From: Candidatus Nanopelagicaceae bacterium
GTDB taxonomy: Bacteria; Actinomycetota; Actinomycetes; Nanopelagicales; Nanopelagicaceae
Reading direction: 5' to 3'
NCBI GenBank assembly: GCA_036504835.1
Contig: DASXUM010000029.1
Location: forward strand, 1,848-65,847
DNA: 64,000 nt
Position 1 is the first letter of the stretch, and each line of letters starts with the position of its first letter. The position numbers and the translations under genes are program-made. The notes beneath the pieces were generated by a model, which ran no database searches, was not told the origin of the DNA, and saw only the letters and a list, made by a program, of their open reading frames with translations. Positions 1 to 12,956 of this stretch are shown one piece after another.

Positions 1-3860
<3,860 letters not shown>

Positions 3861-4151
3861 AAGTTTTTTTCTGGCGTACAGACATAAACAACTGTCGTTA
3901 TTTTTTGTCTTTATCCAAAGGAAATCAACGGGCATAGCTATTTCCCCACTGGTAAACCAGCAGGGTTTATTGCCATACCTCATTGAGATATTTATTCGTG
4001 GTCTCGCCCTTGCACGCTGGAAACCCGAAAGTTTTCAGACATGGCAAGAAGAGCCACATTGGCATTGACTTATTAGCACGCTGTTGAGTTCTCAAGGTAC
4101 GGATGCGCACTGCTTCCGGAGATCTCTCTCCATTTTCAGGGCAGACCCACA

Positions 4152-4181
4152 AATCTAGTCCAGAGGCGCTAGCGGGGTCAA
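4152..4181 (-). promoter_or_regulatory. candidate rrn promoter (proximal): TTGACC-18 nt-TAGATT
   Basis: On the minus strand, TTGACC sits at 4181-4176 and TAGATT at 4157-4152, about 290 nt upstream of the 16S 5' end. Confidence 0.4.
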
Positions 4182-4267
4182 ACCCGCGCAGAACCACTAA
4201 CTTCAAATTTGAAGGAAGTTTCTTGCTGTCCGGCCTTGAATTCGTCCGGTGCACTGCAAGGAGCGTA

Positions 4268-4297
4268 ACTATATGGGGCTGTTGGGCAAAGGGTCAA
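4268..4297 (-). promoter_or_regulatory. candidate rrn promoter (distal): TTGACC-18 nt-TATAGT
   Basis: On the minus strand, TTGACC sits at 4297-4292 and TATAGT at 4273-4268, directly after the tyrS terminator-like hairpin. Confidence 0.4.
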
Positions 4298-4301
4298 ATC
4301 G

Positions 4302-4320
4302 GGCAAATCGCAGATTTGCC
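4302..4320 (-). terminator. hairpin downstream of tyrS (possible terminator)
   Basis: GGCAAATC / GATTTGCC form a perfect 8-bp stem with a 3-nt loop, 22 nt after the tyrS stop. Only a short TTT follows on the minus strand. Confidence 0.35.
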
Positions 4321-4342
4321 TCTTTAGAAAAACCCTTATAAA

Positions 4343-5617
4343 TCAACGTTTTTTCACTACCTCCACTGCGGCGAGGTCGCGCTTGCCTTTTCGGAGTATC
4401 GCGAAACGCCCGAAAAGAAAGTCATCGGAAGAGGGTGAAAAGCCCTCCCCGGAGATCTTCTCGTTGTTGAGATATGCCCCACCTTCTTTGACGATTCGAC
4501 GGGCAGCGGACTTGGAATCCACCACCCCAGAGGCCACGATTAGATCAACCCAGGTCGGAATTTCGTCCAAATTGACCAAAGAAGCCCGCGGAAGCTCGGC
4601 TAAGGCGCTCTCCAGAGTGGGTTCGTCCAATTCTTTCAACTCCCCTTGGCCAAAAAGGGCTCGAGAGGCCGCTTCGACCCTCTCGCAGTCCTGTGCGCTA
4701 TGGACCAGGGTGGTCAGCTCTCGAGCCAGAACTCGATGAGCAGTTCGCAGTCCTGGGTTTTCCAGATGTGATTTTTCTAACGCTTCAATATCTTCTTTCG
4801 GCAGAAATGAAAACACTTTAAGGAAATTGATGACATCACGATCTTCTGTATTCAACCAGTATTGGAAGAACGAGTACGGAGAAGTCATCGCAGGATCGAG
4901 CCATACAGATCCGCCCGCGGTCTTTCCGAATTTTGTACCATCGGCTTTCATCAACAACGGCACAGTCATCGCATGCGCGCCGCCAGATTCCACTTTCCGA
5001 ATCAGATCAAGGCCAGCAACAATGTTGCCCCATTGATCAGAACCGCCGACTTGCAAAGTGCAATTGAAGCGACGGAATAGCTCAAGGAAATCAAGGGATT
5101 GCAGCACTTGATATGAAAATTCAGTGTACGAAATTCCTCCGCCTTCTAAACGTGCTGAGACAGATTCCTTCGCCAACATTTGATTGACACTGAAATGTTT
5201 TCCAATATCGCGTAAAAATTCGATGGCAGACATGGGCGCAGTCCAGTCAAGATTGTTGACCACTCGCGCAGGATTGGTAGGCGCTTCGAAATCTAGGTAC
5301 TTGGATACTTGCTCACGAATTCGACCAACCCATTGCTCCACTACTTCAGAACTATTGAGTGAGCGCTCCTCGTTCTTTCCGCTCGGGTCCCCTACTAAAC
5401 CGGTAGCGCCACCAACAAGTGCGATTGGCAGGTGGCCAGCCAGTTGAAATCTGCGCAATACGAGCAGCACAACAAGGTTACCGACGTGCAAACTCGGTGC
5501 CGTCGGATCAAAGCCGCAATACAGAGTCGTCGGCTTCGACAGAGCCTCTAGAAGGGCTTTTTCATCGGTTGACTGCGCGAGGAGTCCGCGCCATTTCAGG
5601 TCTTCTAGAAAGTTCAT
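4343..5617 (-). CDS. tyrS: tyrosine--tRNA ligase
   Basis: HIGH-type PSLHVGNL, KMSKS-type KFGKT and a C-terminal S4-like domain. I place the start at MNFLEDLKW (ATG 5617-5615), which overlaps the argH stop as ATGA. The longer tracked ORF adds a non-conserved 15 aa. Confidence 0.95.
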   Translation of the reverse strand: MNFLEDLKWRGLLAQSTDEKALLEALSKPTTLYCGFDPTAPSLHVGNLVVLLVLRRFQLAGHLPIALVGGATGLVGDPSGKNEERSLNSSEVVEQWVGRIREQVSKYLDFEAPTNPARVVNNLDWTAPMSAIEFLRDIGKHFSVNQMLAKESVSARLEGGGISYTEFSYQVLQSLDFLELFRRFNCTLQVGGSDQWGNIVAGLDLIRKVESGGAHAMTVPLLMKADGTKFGKTAGGSVWLDPAMTSPYSFFQYWLNTEDRDVINFLKVFSFLPKEDIEALEKSHLENPGLRTAHRVLARELTTLVHSAQDCERVEAASRALFGQGELKELDEPTLESALAELPRASLVNLDEIPTWVDLIVASGVVDSKSAARRIVKEGGAYLNNEKISGEGFSPSSDDFLFGRFAILRKGKRDLAAVEVVKKR

Positions 5618-7041
5618 TGCCCCATCATGCCCGAAAAGTGCTTGGCCTTGTCGGCAAACCATTTCTCGGAAGCGGAGATTTTTGAATCAAGACGAGAGAT
5701 TTGAATTGCGACCGCGGCAGGGGCGGTTCCCCCAAAAGTAGTGCGAGAAGCTAGTGCGCCATCGACCGTGAGGACCTTGCGAACTGCAGGGGTCAGTTTG
5801 GGGTGAATAGAGGCAAACTCTGCATCGGAGAGTTCGTGCAATTCTCGATTGGTGGATTCGCAGAGATGAACACACTTGCCTGCGGCCTCATGTGCCTGCG
5901 CAAAGGGAATTCCCGCGCGAACCAGGAAATCTGCGATCTCAGTCGCGAGCGAGAAACCAGTGGAGGCGGACGCATTCATTTTCTCCCTATTAAAGGAGGT
6001 GGTGGCCACCATGCCCGTGAAAGCTGGCAACACCAGAACCAGAGTGTCGATCGAATTGAAGAGTGGCTCTTTGTCTTCCTGGAGGTCGCGGTTATAGGCG
6101 AAAGGAAGTCCCTTGAGCATGGCAAGGACGGAGGTTAAATTTCCGATCAAACGTCCGGCCTTGCCGCGCGCGAGTTCGGCGATATCTGGGTTCTTTTTCT
6201 GCGGCATGATGGACGAACCCGTCGCGTAGGCATCATCCAATGTGGCCCAACCGAACTCGGTGCTTGACCACAAACACCACTCCTCCCCCATGCGCGAAAG
6301 ATGGATTCCGATCATGGAAAGTACAAAGAGAGCCTCGGCGACAAAATCTCTATCGCTTACCGCGTCGATGCTATTTTCGATGGCGTCGTCGAACCCAAGA
6401 TCTCGTGCGCTGGCAACGGGATCGAGTTGAAGTGAGGAGCCTGCCAGGGCCCCGGCCCCCAGCGGGGAACGAGATGTGCGTGTATACCAGTCCTTGATTC
6501 GCTCAAGATCGCGATCTAGTGAATGGGCATGCTTGGCGAGCTCATGACCAAAGATGACGGGCTGAGCATGTTGAAGATGAGTGAACCCGGGAGCCGGTGC
6601 ATCTGCATACTCACCGGCCTTGGCGAGGATGGCGCGTTGCAAGCCAATAACCAACTCTGCAATCTGCATCATGTGATCCAAGGCGAACAGACGAAGATCC
6701 GTTGCCACCTGATCGTTGCGCGACCGCCCGGCGCGCAATGATCCTCCGATGGGACCCAGTCTCTCCGTCATCACTCTCTCGAGGGCACTGTGCACGTCTT
6801 CATCTTGTTCAGAGGGACGCAAAGTTCCCTCCATGAGTTCGGCTTGCATCTCTTTGAGTGTCTTGTGAATTGATTCTGCATCCGACTTCTGTATCAGATT
6901 GGCAGCCTCAAGAACCTTTAGGTGCGCAAGGGAAGATCGAAGATCGTACGGAGCAAGACGCCAGTCAAAACTAATACTTTGCGACAGCGCAAAGACATCG
7001 CCAGCCGGTCCGCTAGAAAATCTTCCTCCCCATAACGCCAT
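5614..7041 (-). CDS. argH: argininosuccinate lyase
   Basis: Fumarate-lyase signature GSSIMPQKKNP, N-terminal MALWGGRF, 475 aa. Confidence 0.96.
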   Translation of the reverse strand: MALWGGRFSSGPAGDVFALSQSISFDWRLAPYDLRSSLAHLKVLEAANLIQKSDAESIHKTLKEMQAELMEGTLRPSEQDEDVHSALERVMTERLGPIGGSLRAGRSRNDQVATDLRLFALDHMMQIAELVIGLQRAILAKAGEYADAPAPGFTHLQHAQPVIFGHELAKHAHSLDRDLERIKDWYTRTSRSPLGAGALAGSSLQLDPVASARDLGFDDAIENSIDAVSDRDFVAEALFVLSMIGIHLSRMGEEWCLWSSTEFGWATLDDAYATGSSIMPQKKNPDIAELARGKAGRLIGNLTSVLAMLKGLPFAYNRDLQEDKEPLFNSIDTLVLVLPAFTGMVATTSFNREKMNASASTGFSLATEIADFLVRAGIPFAQAHEAAGKCVHLCESTNRELHELSDAEFASIHPKLTPAVRKVLTVDGALASRTTFGGTAPAAVAIQISRLDSKISASEKWFADKAKHFSGMMGQ

Positions 7042-7043
7042 AG

Positions 7044-8246
7044 CTATTTCTTCGCCTTCAGGTTTCTGGCTGATGCGATTCGAGTCGGAAGGCCCCAGAG
7101 ATCTACAAAGCCCTTGGCTAGCGACTGATCGAAGGTGTCACCCTCGTCGTAAGTAGCCATGTCGAAATCATAGAGAGAGGTCTCGCTGCGACGTCCCGTG
7201 ACCCAGCAACGACCCGCGTGCATCTTCAAACGCACGTCACCGGTTACAAACTCATTCGCATAGTTGAATACACCGTCGAGTGCTTCGCGCAATGGTGAGA
7301 ACCAAAGCCCGTCGTAAACGAGTTCTCCCCAACGCTGCTCACTCTGTCGTTTAAAGCGAGCCAAATCGCGTTCGACACAGACGTTTTCCAGCTCTTGGTG
7401 GGCAGTGATCAGCGCAATGGCCCCTGGTGCTTCATAAACCTCGCGGCTCTTGATTCCAACCAGACGATCCTCGACCATGTCCAGCCGGCCAACACCCTGA
7501 GCGCCAGCGCGACGATTGAGTTCGACAATCGCCTGCAACATTGTCACAGGTCTTCCGTCAATTGCCGTTGGCGCACCCTTGGTGAAAGTGATGATTACTT
7601 CATCTGCCTCACGGGGTATCGATGGATCTTGAGTGTACGAATACACCGCTTCAGTTGGTGCATTCCAAATATCTTCAAGGAAGCCAGTCTCCACTGCACG
7701 TCCCCAGACGTTCTGATCAATTGAGAATGGATTCTTCTTCGTAGTCTCAATTGGCAAGTTCTTCTCGTGGGCAAAGGCAATTGCTTTGTCGCGCGTCATC
7801 CCAGAATCGCGAACCGGTGCATAAGAGGTCAAGTCGGGTGCCAGCGCGCCCGTTCCCACTTCAAATCGAACCTGGTCGTTGCCTTTGCCGGTGCAGCCGT
7901 GGGCGACTCTGGATGCGCCATGTTTTCGAGCGGCGGCAACCAAGTGCTTGACGATCAGTGGACGGGACAGCGCAGATACAAGAGGGTATCGATCCATGTA
8001 CAGAGCATTTGCCTTGAGCGCAGGCAGGCAATACTCATTGGCAAATTCCTCGCGTGCATCGACAACTTCAGCGGCAATGGCTCCACAAGCCAAAGCTCGC
8101 TCCTTAATTACCTGCAGGTCTTCTCCTTCTTGTCCAACATCTACTGCCACGGCGATGACTTCGGCACCCGTCTCGCGTTCAATCCATCCGATGGCGACTG
8201 AAGTATCCAATCCTCCCGAATAGGCAAGAACAATTTTCTCTTTCAT
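7044..8246 (-). CDS. argG: argininosuccinate synthase
   Basis: [12 protein letters not shown]-pyrophosphatase motif, 400 aa. Confidence 0.96.
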   Translation of the reverse strand: MKEKIVLAYSGGLDTSVAIGWIERETGAEVIAVAVDVGQEGEDLQVIKERALACGAIAAEVVDAREEFANEYCLPALKANALYMDRYPLVSALSRPLIVKHLVAAARKHGASRVAHGCTGKGNDQVRFEVGTGALAPDLTSYAPVRDSGMTRDKAIAFAHEKNLPIETTKKNPFSIDQNVWGRAVETGFLEDIWNAPTEAVYSYTQDPSIPREADEVIITFTKGAPTAIDGRPVTMLQAIVELNRRAGAQGVGRLDMVEDRLVGIKSREVYEAPGAIALITAHQELENVCVERDLARFKRQSEQRWGELVYDGLWFSPLREALDGVFNYANEFVTGDVRLKMHAGRCWVTGRRSETSLYDFDMATYDEGDTFDQSLAKGFVDLWGLPTRIASARNLKAKK

Positions 8247-8770
8247 GAGTGCGCTCCTCGATTCGTTGTCTTCTTCTGTGAATTTTTCAAAGGGTGGGCT
8301 ATTTTCTGCAATTCTTTTGCCAATGCTGCGCCTCCAGTACTTCTCTTGGAGATAAGAAGTACCGTGTCATCGCCTGCGATGGTGCCGATTACTGACGCCA
8401 ATTGACCATGTGTCCTTGCACCGTCCAGTGCACTTGCAAGTAATTGAGCGCCCCCCGGTGGAGTGCGCACGACTGCCAGATTCGCGCTTGATTCGACAGA
8501 GAGTATTAACTCTGATGGAAGCGAGATCACTCTGGAAAGGCTCTGCGCTTCATCTTGCGGCAGCTGATAGATCGCAGTCCCGTCTTTGCCGCGACCGCGA
8601 AACGCACCAATATCCTCGAGATCACGACTCGCCGTAGCTTGCGTGACTTCAAATCCCGCCTTGGCCAGAAGTTTCACGAGATCTGATTGCGAATGAACTA
8701 GTTCTGCCTGCACCAGGGAGACGACCTTGGCACGACGAGAGGATGCACTTCCCCGTCTCATTTCAGCCAT
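8243..8770 (-). CDS. argR: arginine repressor ArgR
   Basis: Winged-helix N-terminus ([29 protein letters not shown]) and C-terminal arginine-binding [11 protein letters not shown]. The start is probably MAEMRRG (8770 or 8761). The tracked 191-aa ORF overlaps the end of argD. Confidence 0.88.
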   Translation of the reverse strand: MAEMRRGSASSRRAKVVSLVQAELVHSQSDLVKLLAKAGFEVTQATASRDLEDIGAFRGRGKDGTAIYQLPQDEAQSLSRVISLPSELILSVESSANLAVVRTPPGGAQLLASALDGARTHGQLASVIGTIAGDDTVLLISKRSTGGAALAKELQKIAHPLKNSQKKTTNRGAHS

Positions 8771-9944
8771 TGGAAACCTCCTTGAGCACTTTGATGAAGG
8801 TGAAGATAAATTTTGCAACTTCCTTTCTACTTACGGTTAGCGCAGGTGCAATCCGTATGACGGATGGAGCAGGTGCGTTCACAAGGACCCCCGCGCGCAA
8901 CAGGCCCTCTTTGACCTGGGACGAATTTTCATGTGCTAACACAATACCCAGTAGAAGTCCTTGTCCCCGCACTTCCATTACTTCGGGTAATTTTGAGAGC
9001 TCAGATTTGATTACCTCTTCGAAGGTTCGCACCTTGAGGAGCAAGGATTTTCGCTCAATCACAGAAATTGCCGCCAGCGCACTCGCGCACGCGACGGGGT
9101 TGCCCCCGAATGTCGAACCATGATCGCCGGGCTGGAAAAGATGAGAGGTGCGACCAAGAGCGATCATCGCACCCAGCGGGAGTCCACCTCCTAATCCTTT
9201 CGCCAAGGTAATTACGTCGGGAAGAATTCCTTCGTGTTCATAGCCGAACCAATTACCGGTGCGACCCATCCCCGTCTGGACACAATCCACAACCATCAAG
9301 GCGCCAGTGCTGTCGCATATTTCGCGAATACCTTTCAGATAGCCATGCGGCGGCATAACAACGCCGGCCTCGCCTAAAATCGGTTCGACAATCACCATGG
9401 CCGTCTTGCGATTTACTTTGCGACGCATTGCTTCAATATCACCAAAGGGAACATGTGATACACCAGGAAGCAACGGCTTGAATGGGTCGCGTTTTGCGGG
9501 CTGCCCAGTCAGCGAGAGAGCCCCCATGGTTCGGCCGTGGAAGGCTCCTTGTGTTGCAACAATCCGCTTCCGACCGGTCTTGCGCGAAAGTTTGAGCGCG
9601 GCCTCGTTCGCCTCAGCTCCTGAATTGCAGAAGAAGACCCTTGAGCCCTCGTCACCTGTGAGCGATTGCAGCTTCTCGGCCAGGTCAAGTACACCAGGAT
9701 GAATGTAGAAGTTGCTCACATGCCCAAGAGTTGCGATCTGTTCACTTACGGCCGTGACAATTGCGGGGTGCGCATGACCAAGTATGTTCGTCGCAATACC
9801 GCCGAGAAAATCTAAATATTCTATACCGTCGGAATCTGTGACTTTCGATCCCTTGCCACTGACCAATGTGAGATGTGGGATTCCATAATTGGATTGCAGA
9901 GATGCATCCCAGCGCGCCGAATTGTCTTTCACGATGGTTGTCAT
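8763..9944 (-). CDS. argD: acetylornithine aminotransferase
   Basis: Class-III aminotransferase with PLP-lysine context TLAKGLGGGLP, 393 aa, positioned inside the arg cluster. Confidence 0.93.
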   Translation of the reverse strand: MTTIVKDNSARWDASLQSNYGIPHLTLVSGKGSKVTDSDGIEYLDFLGGIATNILGHAHPAIVTAVSEQIATLGHVSNFYIHPGVLDLAEKLQSLTGDEGSRVFFCNSGAEANEAALKLSRKTGRKRIVATQGAFHGRTMGALSLTGQPAKRDPFKPLLPGVSHVPFGDIEAMRRKVNRKTAMVIVEPILGEAGVVMPPHGYLKGIREICDSTGALMVVDCVQTGMGRTGNWFGYEHEGILPDVITLAKGLGGGLPLGAMIALGRTSHLFQPGDHGSTFGGNPVACASALAAISVIERKSLLLKVRTFEEVIKSELSKLPEVMEVRGQGLLLGIVLAHENSSQVKEGLLRAGVLVNAPAPSVIRIAPALTVSRKEVAKFIFTFIKVLKEVSNG

Positions 9945-10741
9945 GGCAGCACCAAAGTTCCGCCGATGCCACGCAGTGCCAGTGCAAAACTCTCAGGATT
10001 TGTGCCATCGATAACCCGAACGCTTTGAGCACCCGCCGCAATTGCCTTGAGACACGCTGACACTTTGGGTGCCATGCCCTCAGTGAACTCGTGCTTTATC
10101 GATTCCAACTCGTCGGCATGGATAATGGAAATCAGAGTGGACGTGTCAGGCCAATTCTTGTAAATGCCCGGAACATCCGTCATGAATATCAAGACGGATG
10201 CGTTCATTGCCCCCGCGATCGCTGCCGCCGCAAGGTCAGCGTTGACATTAAGGCCCTGAGATGAGATCTCGTGATCTTCATCGCCTTGCGTTGCAAGTGG
10301 TGAAACGACGGGAAGGAAGCCGGAATCAACCAGGGATTCGAGGACCGCGGTATCCACCCCTACAACTTCACCAACTTGGCCGAGATCGGCGCTTTCTCCG
10401 TTGACGAGTTGGGTCTGTTTGCGTGCGATGAGCATGCCGCCGTCACGGCCTGTCAGACCTACCGCGTTAATGCCCGACTGGCGAAGCTGCCCCACGACAT
10501 TTCTTAACACTTGGCCGCTGAGGACTCTCTGTACAACTTCATAGACTTCAGGAGTTGTGACGCGGAAGCCACCTTTGAATTCGGGTTCAATCTGCTCGGA
10601 CTTCAAGGCCGAATCAATTTGTGGTCCGCCACCATGAACGATGACGCACTCCTCTCCCATGTCCAAGGCCCCTTGAACCGCCTTCGCAAATAACCCCTCT
10701 GTGTCGGTCATTGCGTGGCCACCGAATTTAATAACGATCAT
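9941..10741 (-). CDS. argB: acetylglutamate kinase (short N-terminus form)
   Basis: IKFGGHAM and VHGGGPQI motifs. The ATG overlaps the argJ stop (ATGA). Only 5 residues precede the first glycine-rich motif. Confidence 0.93.
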   Translation of the reverse strand: MIVIKFGGHAMTDTEGLFAKAVQGALDMGEECVIVHGGGPQIDSALKSEQIEPEFKGGFRVTTPEVYEVVQRVLSGQVLRNVVGQLRQSGINAVGLTGRDGGMLIARKQTQLVNGESADLGQVGEVVGVDTAVLESLVDSGFLPVVSPLATQGDEDHEISSQGLNVNADLAAAAIAGAMNASVLIFMTDVPGIYKNWPDTSTLISIIHADELESIKHEFTEGMAPKVSACLKAIAAGAQSVRVIDGTNPESFALALRGIGGTLVLP

Positions 10742-11883
10742 GTCGCGTAGGCCGAGTTCTCGTGAACATAGTCGTGGCTCAAATCATTTGTGAGAATTGT
10801 TGCTGTTGAAGATCCTGCCTTCAGATCAATGACGATTTCTATGTTCGGACCTGAAAGGTCAACGAGGGAACGATCCTCCCCTGGGCCACTAGACCTTGCG
10901 ACCATTACTCCATTGAGGGATACATCCATCTTGGTCGGATCGAAATCTGCATCAGCAGTTCCAGCTGCAGCGAGGATGCGCCCCCAGTTGGGATCGCCAC
11001 CAAATAGGGCGCACTTGAGTAGATTATTTCGCGCGCACGCTCGACCTACCTCCACTGCATCCTTTTCGGTGGCTGCATTTTGAACAACTATCGAAACAAA
11101 CTTCGTGTGCCCTTCTGCGTCTTGGACGAGTTGCTCTGCAAGAGAGCTACAAACTTCAGTCAGCATTTCTTCGAGTTCGGCATCCGTTATCTCTATTCCC
11201 GATGCACCCGATGAGAGAAACAGAACCGTGTCATTAGTTGACGTGCATCCATCTGAATCGATTCTGTTATATGTGCGATCGCAGACTTTGGAAAACAATT
11301 CCTGCAAATGGGATTTTGAAACGCGCGCATCGGTCATCACTACTGACAACATCGTGGCCAGCGACGGAGCCAACATGCCCGCGCCTTTCGCGATCCCTGT
11401 CATGGTCACACCAAATCTGACGGTTGAAGCAATCTTGGGCACAGAATCTGTGGTCATGATCGCTCGTGCCGTGTCCTCCAAATTATCCGAACCAAGATTC
11501 GCGGCGATCTCCTCGATCCCTGCCAGGATTTTCGGCATGGGAAGGAGTTCTCCGATGAGACCGGTGGAGCACACCGCTACGTCTGAGGAGGAAATTCCCA
11601 ATTGACCGGCCACATGTTCCGCGCTTCTGTGAGTGTCCAGAAAGCCCTGAGGGCCGGTGCAGGCATTGGCGCCCCCAGAATTGAGCAGCACTGCATTTAC
11701 TGTTGAATCAGCCACGACCTGTTTGGTCCACGTGACAGGTGCTGCAACAACCTTGTTGGTCGTAAATACCGCAACGCCAACGAAATCTGGTCCGAGGTTC
11801 TCAATAATCGTTAGGTCCAGAGCACCTGAACTCTTCAAACCAGCGGCGACTGCCCCCGAACGAAACCCCTTTGGCAGGTTCAT
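10738..11883 (-). CDS. argJ: bifunctional ornithine acetyltransferase / N-acetylglutamate synthase
   Basis: Autoproteolysis-site context ATMLSVVMTD, 381 aa. Confidence 0.94.
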   Translation of the reverse strand: MNLPKGFRSGAVAAGLKSSGALDLTIIENLGPDFVGVAVFTTNKVVAAPVTWTKQVVADSTVNAVLLNSGGANACTGPQGFLDTHRSAEHVAGQLGISSSDVAVCSTGLIGELLPMPKILAGIEEIAANLGSDNLEDTARAIMTTDSVPKIASTVRFGVTMTGIAKGAGMLAPSLATMLSVVMTDARVSKSHLQELFSKVCDRTYNRIDSDGCTSTNDTVLFLSSGASGIEITDAELEEMLTEVCSSLAEQLVQDAEGHTKFVSIVVQNAATEKDAVEVGRACARNNLLKCALFGGDPNWGRILAAAGTADADFDPTKMDVSLNGVMVARSSGPGEDRSLVDLSGPNIEIVIDLKAGSSTATILTNDLSHDYVHENSAYAT

Positions 11884-12899
11884 GCGCCAAGGCCGCTCAG
11901 GCTAAGGCCCGTGTTTTCTGGCACGCCTGCAATTAAATTGGCGTTTTGAAGTGCTTGTGCGGCAGCTCCCTTGCCTAGGTTGTCGATGGCTATCGAGATC
12001 ACGACTCTGTCGGCGTGTTCGTCGATTGCCACTTGAAGTTGCGCGTGGTTTGAACCAAGGACACTGGACGTCTTGGGCAATTGACCTTCGGGCAGCAGAG
12101 TCACAAATTCTTCGTCGTCATAGGCGTCGGAGAAGAGGGATCGAAGATGAGACACGTCGACGGTCTTGCTTAAACGAGCAGTCACCGTCGCCAAAATTCC
12201 ACGCGGCATCGGTGCCAAAATAGGAGTGAAGGAGATCTTCACTGCACTGCCAGCGATTCGAGTAAGAGACTCTTCGATCTCAGGGGTATGTTGATGAGCC
12301 CCACCGAATTTGTATGACGTGAGCGAACCCGAGACTTCGCTTGCTAACAAGGAAACTTTGGCACTTCTCCCCGCGCCCGTTGTTCCGGATGCAGCAACAA
12401 CAACAATGTCGGACGAGTCAACAATCGAGAGCATGGGAGCCGAAGCCAATGAAACGGCCGTCGCATAGCACCCCGGATTCGCAACTCGCGTAGATTTCGA
12501 AATGAGATTCCGCAACCCAGCAAGTTCGGGAAGACCATACGCCCAGGTGCCCGCATGCGCACCTCCGTAGTACTTCTCCCATGAATGGGGCGATTCCAAT
12601 CGGAAATCCGCGCCAAGGTCGACGATCAATTGATCGGAATTGAGATGCGGAACGACTTTGCCAGATTCTCCGTGTGGCAACGCTAGAAAGACAAGATCAC
12701 AATCTGCCAAGGCTTTGTAATCCAATGTGTCGAAAGTGCGATCCCCCATCGCGATCAATTGCGGGTGGACTGACGTGATGCGCTCACCTGCGTGAGCGTT
12801 AGCAGTCACATGTGCGGGGATAAAGACGGGATGATTGGCGAGCAAGCGTAGAAGTTCGCCGCCTGCGTAGCCGCTAGCCCCGAGAACTGCAGTTTTCAT
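11880..12899 (-). CDS. argC: N-acetyl-gamma-glutamyl-phosphate reductase
   Basis: VLGASGYAGGELLRLL Rossmann motif and catalytic NPGCYATA. I place the start at MKTAVLG (ATG 12899). The tracked 12-aa extension lies inside the operator palindrome. Confidence 0.93.
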   Translation of the reverse strand: MKTAVLGASGYAGGELLRLLANHPVFIPAHVTANAHAGERITSVHPQLIAMGDRTFDTLDYKALADCDLVFLALPHGESGKVVPHLNSDQLIVDLGADFRLESPHSWEKYYGGAHAGTWAYGLPELAGLRNLISKSTRVANPGCYATAVSLASAPMLSIVDSSDIVVVAASGTTGAGRSAKVSLLASEVSGSLTSYKFGGAHQHTPEIEESLTRIAGSAVKISFTPILAPMPRGILATVTARLSKTVDVSHLRSLFSDAYDDEEFVTLLPEGQLPKTSSVLGSNHAQLQVAIDEHADRVVISIAIDNLGKGAAAQALQNANLIAGVPENTGLSLSGLGA

Positions 12900-12920
12900 G
12901 GAGCAAGGGTACAGGATCAA

Positions 12921-12956
12921 TCTATAACTATGCAATTTGGTGCATAGTTATACAGA
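12921..12956 (-). promoter_or_regulatory. candidate ArgR operator (ARG-box-like perfect inverted repeat) overlapping a putative argC promoter
   Basis: TATAACTATGCA (12923-12934) and TGCATAGTTATA (12941-12952) are exact reverse complements separated by 6 nt. Each arm contains TGCAT-AGTT-ATA(C/G)A. The minus strand reads TTGCAT-18 nt-TACCCT, then 6 nt, then the ATG. Confidence 0.5.
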
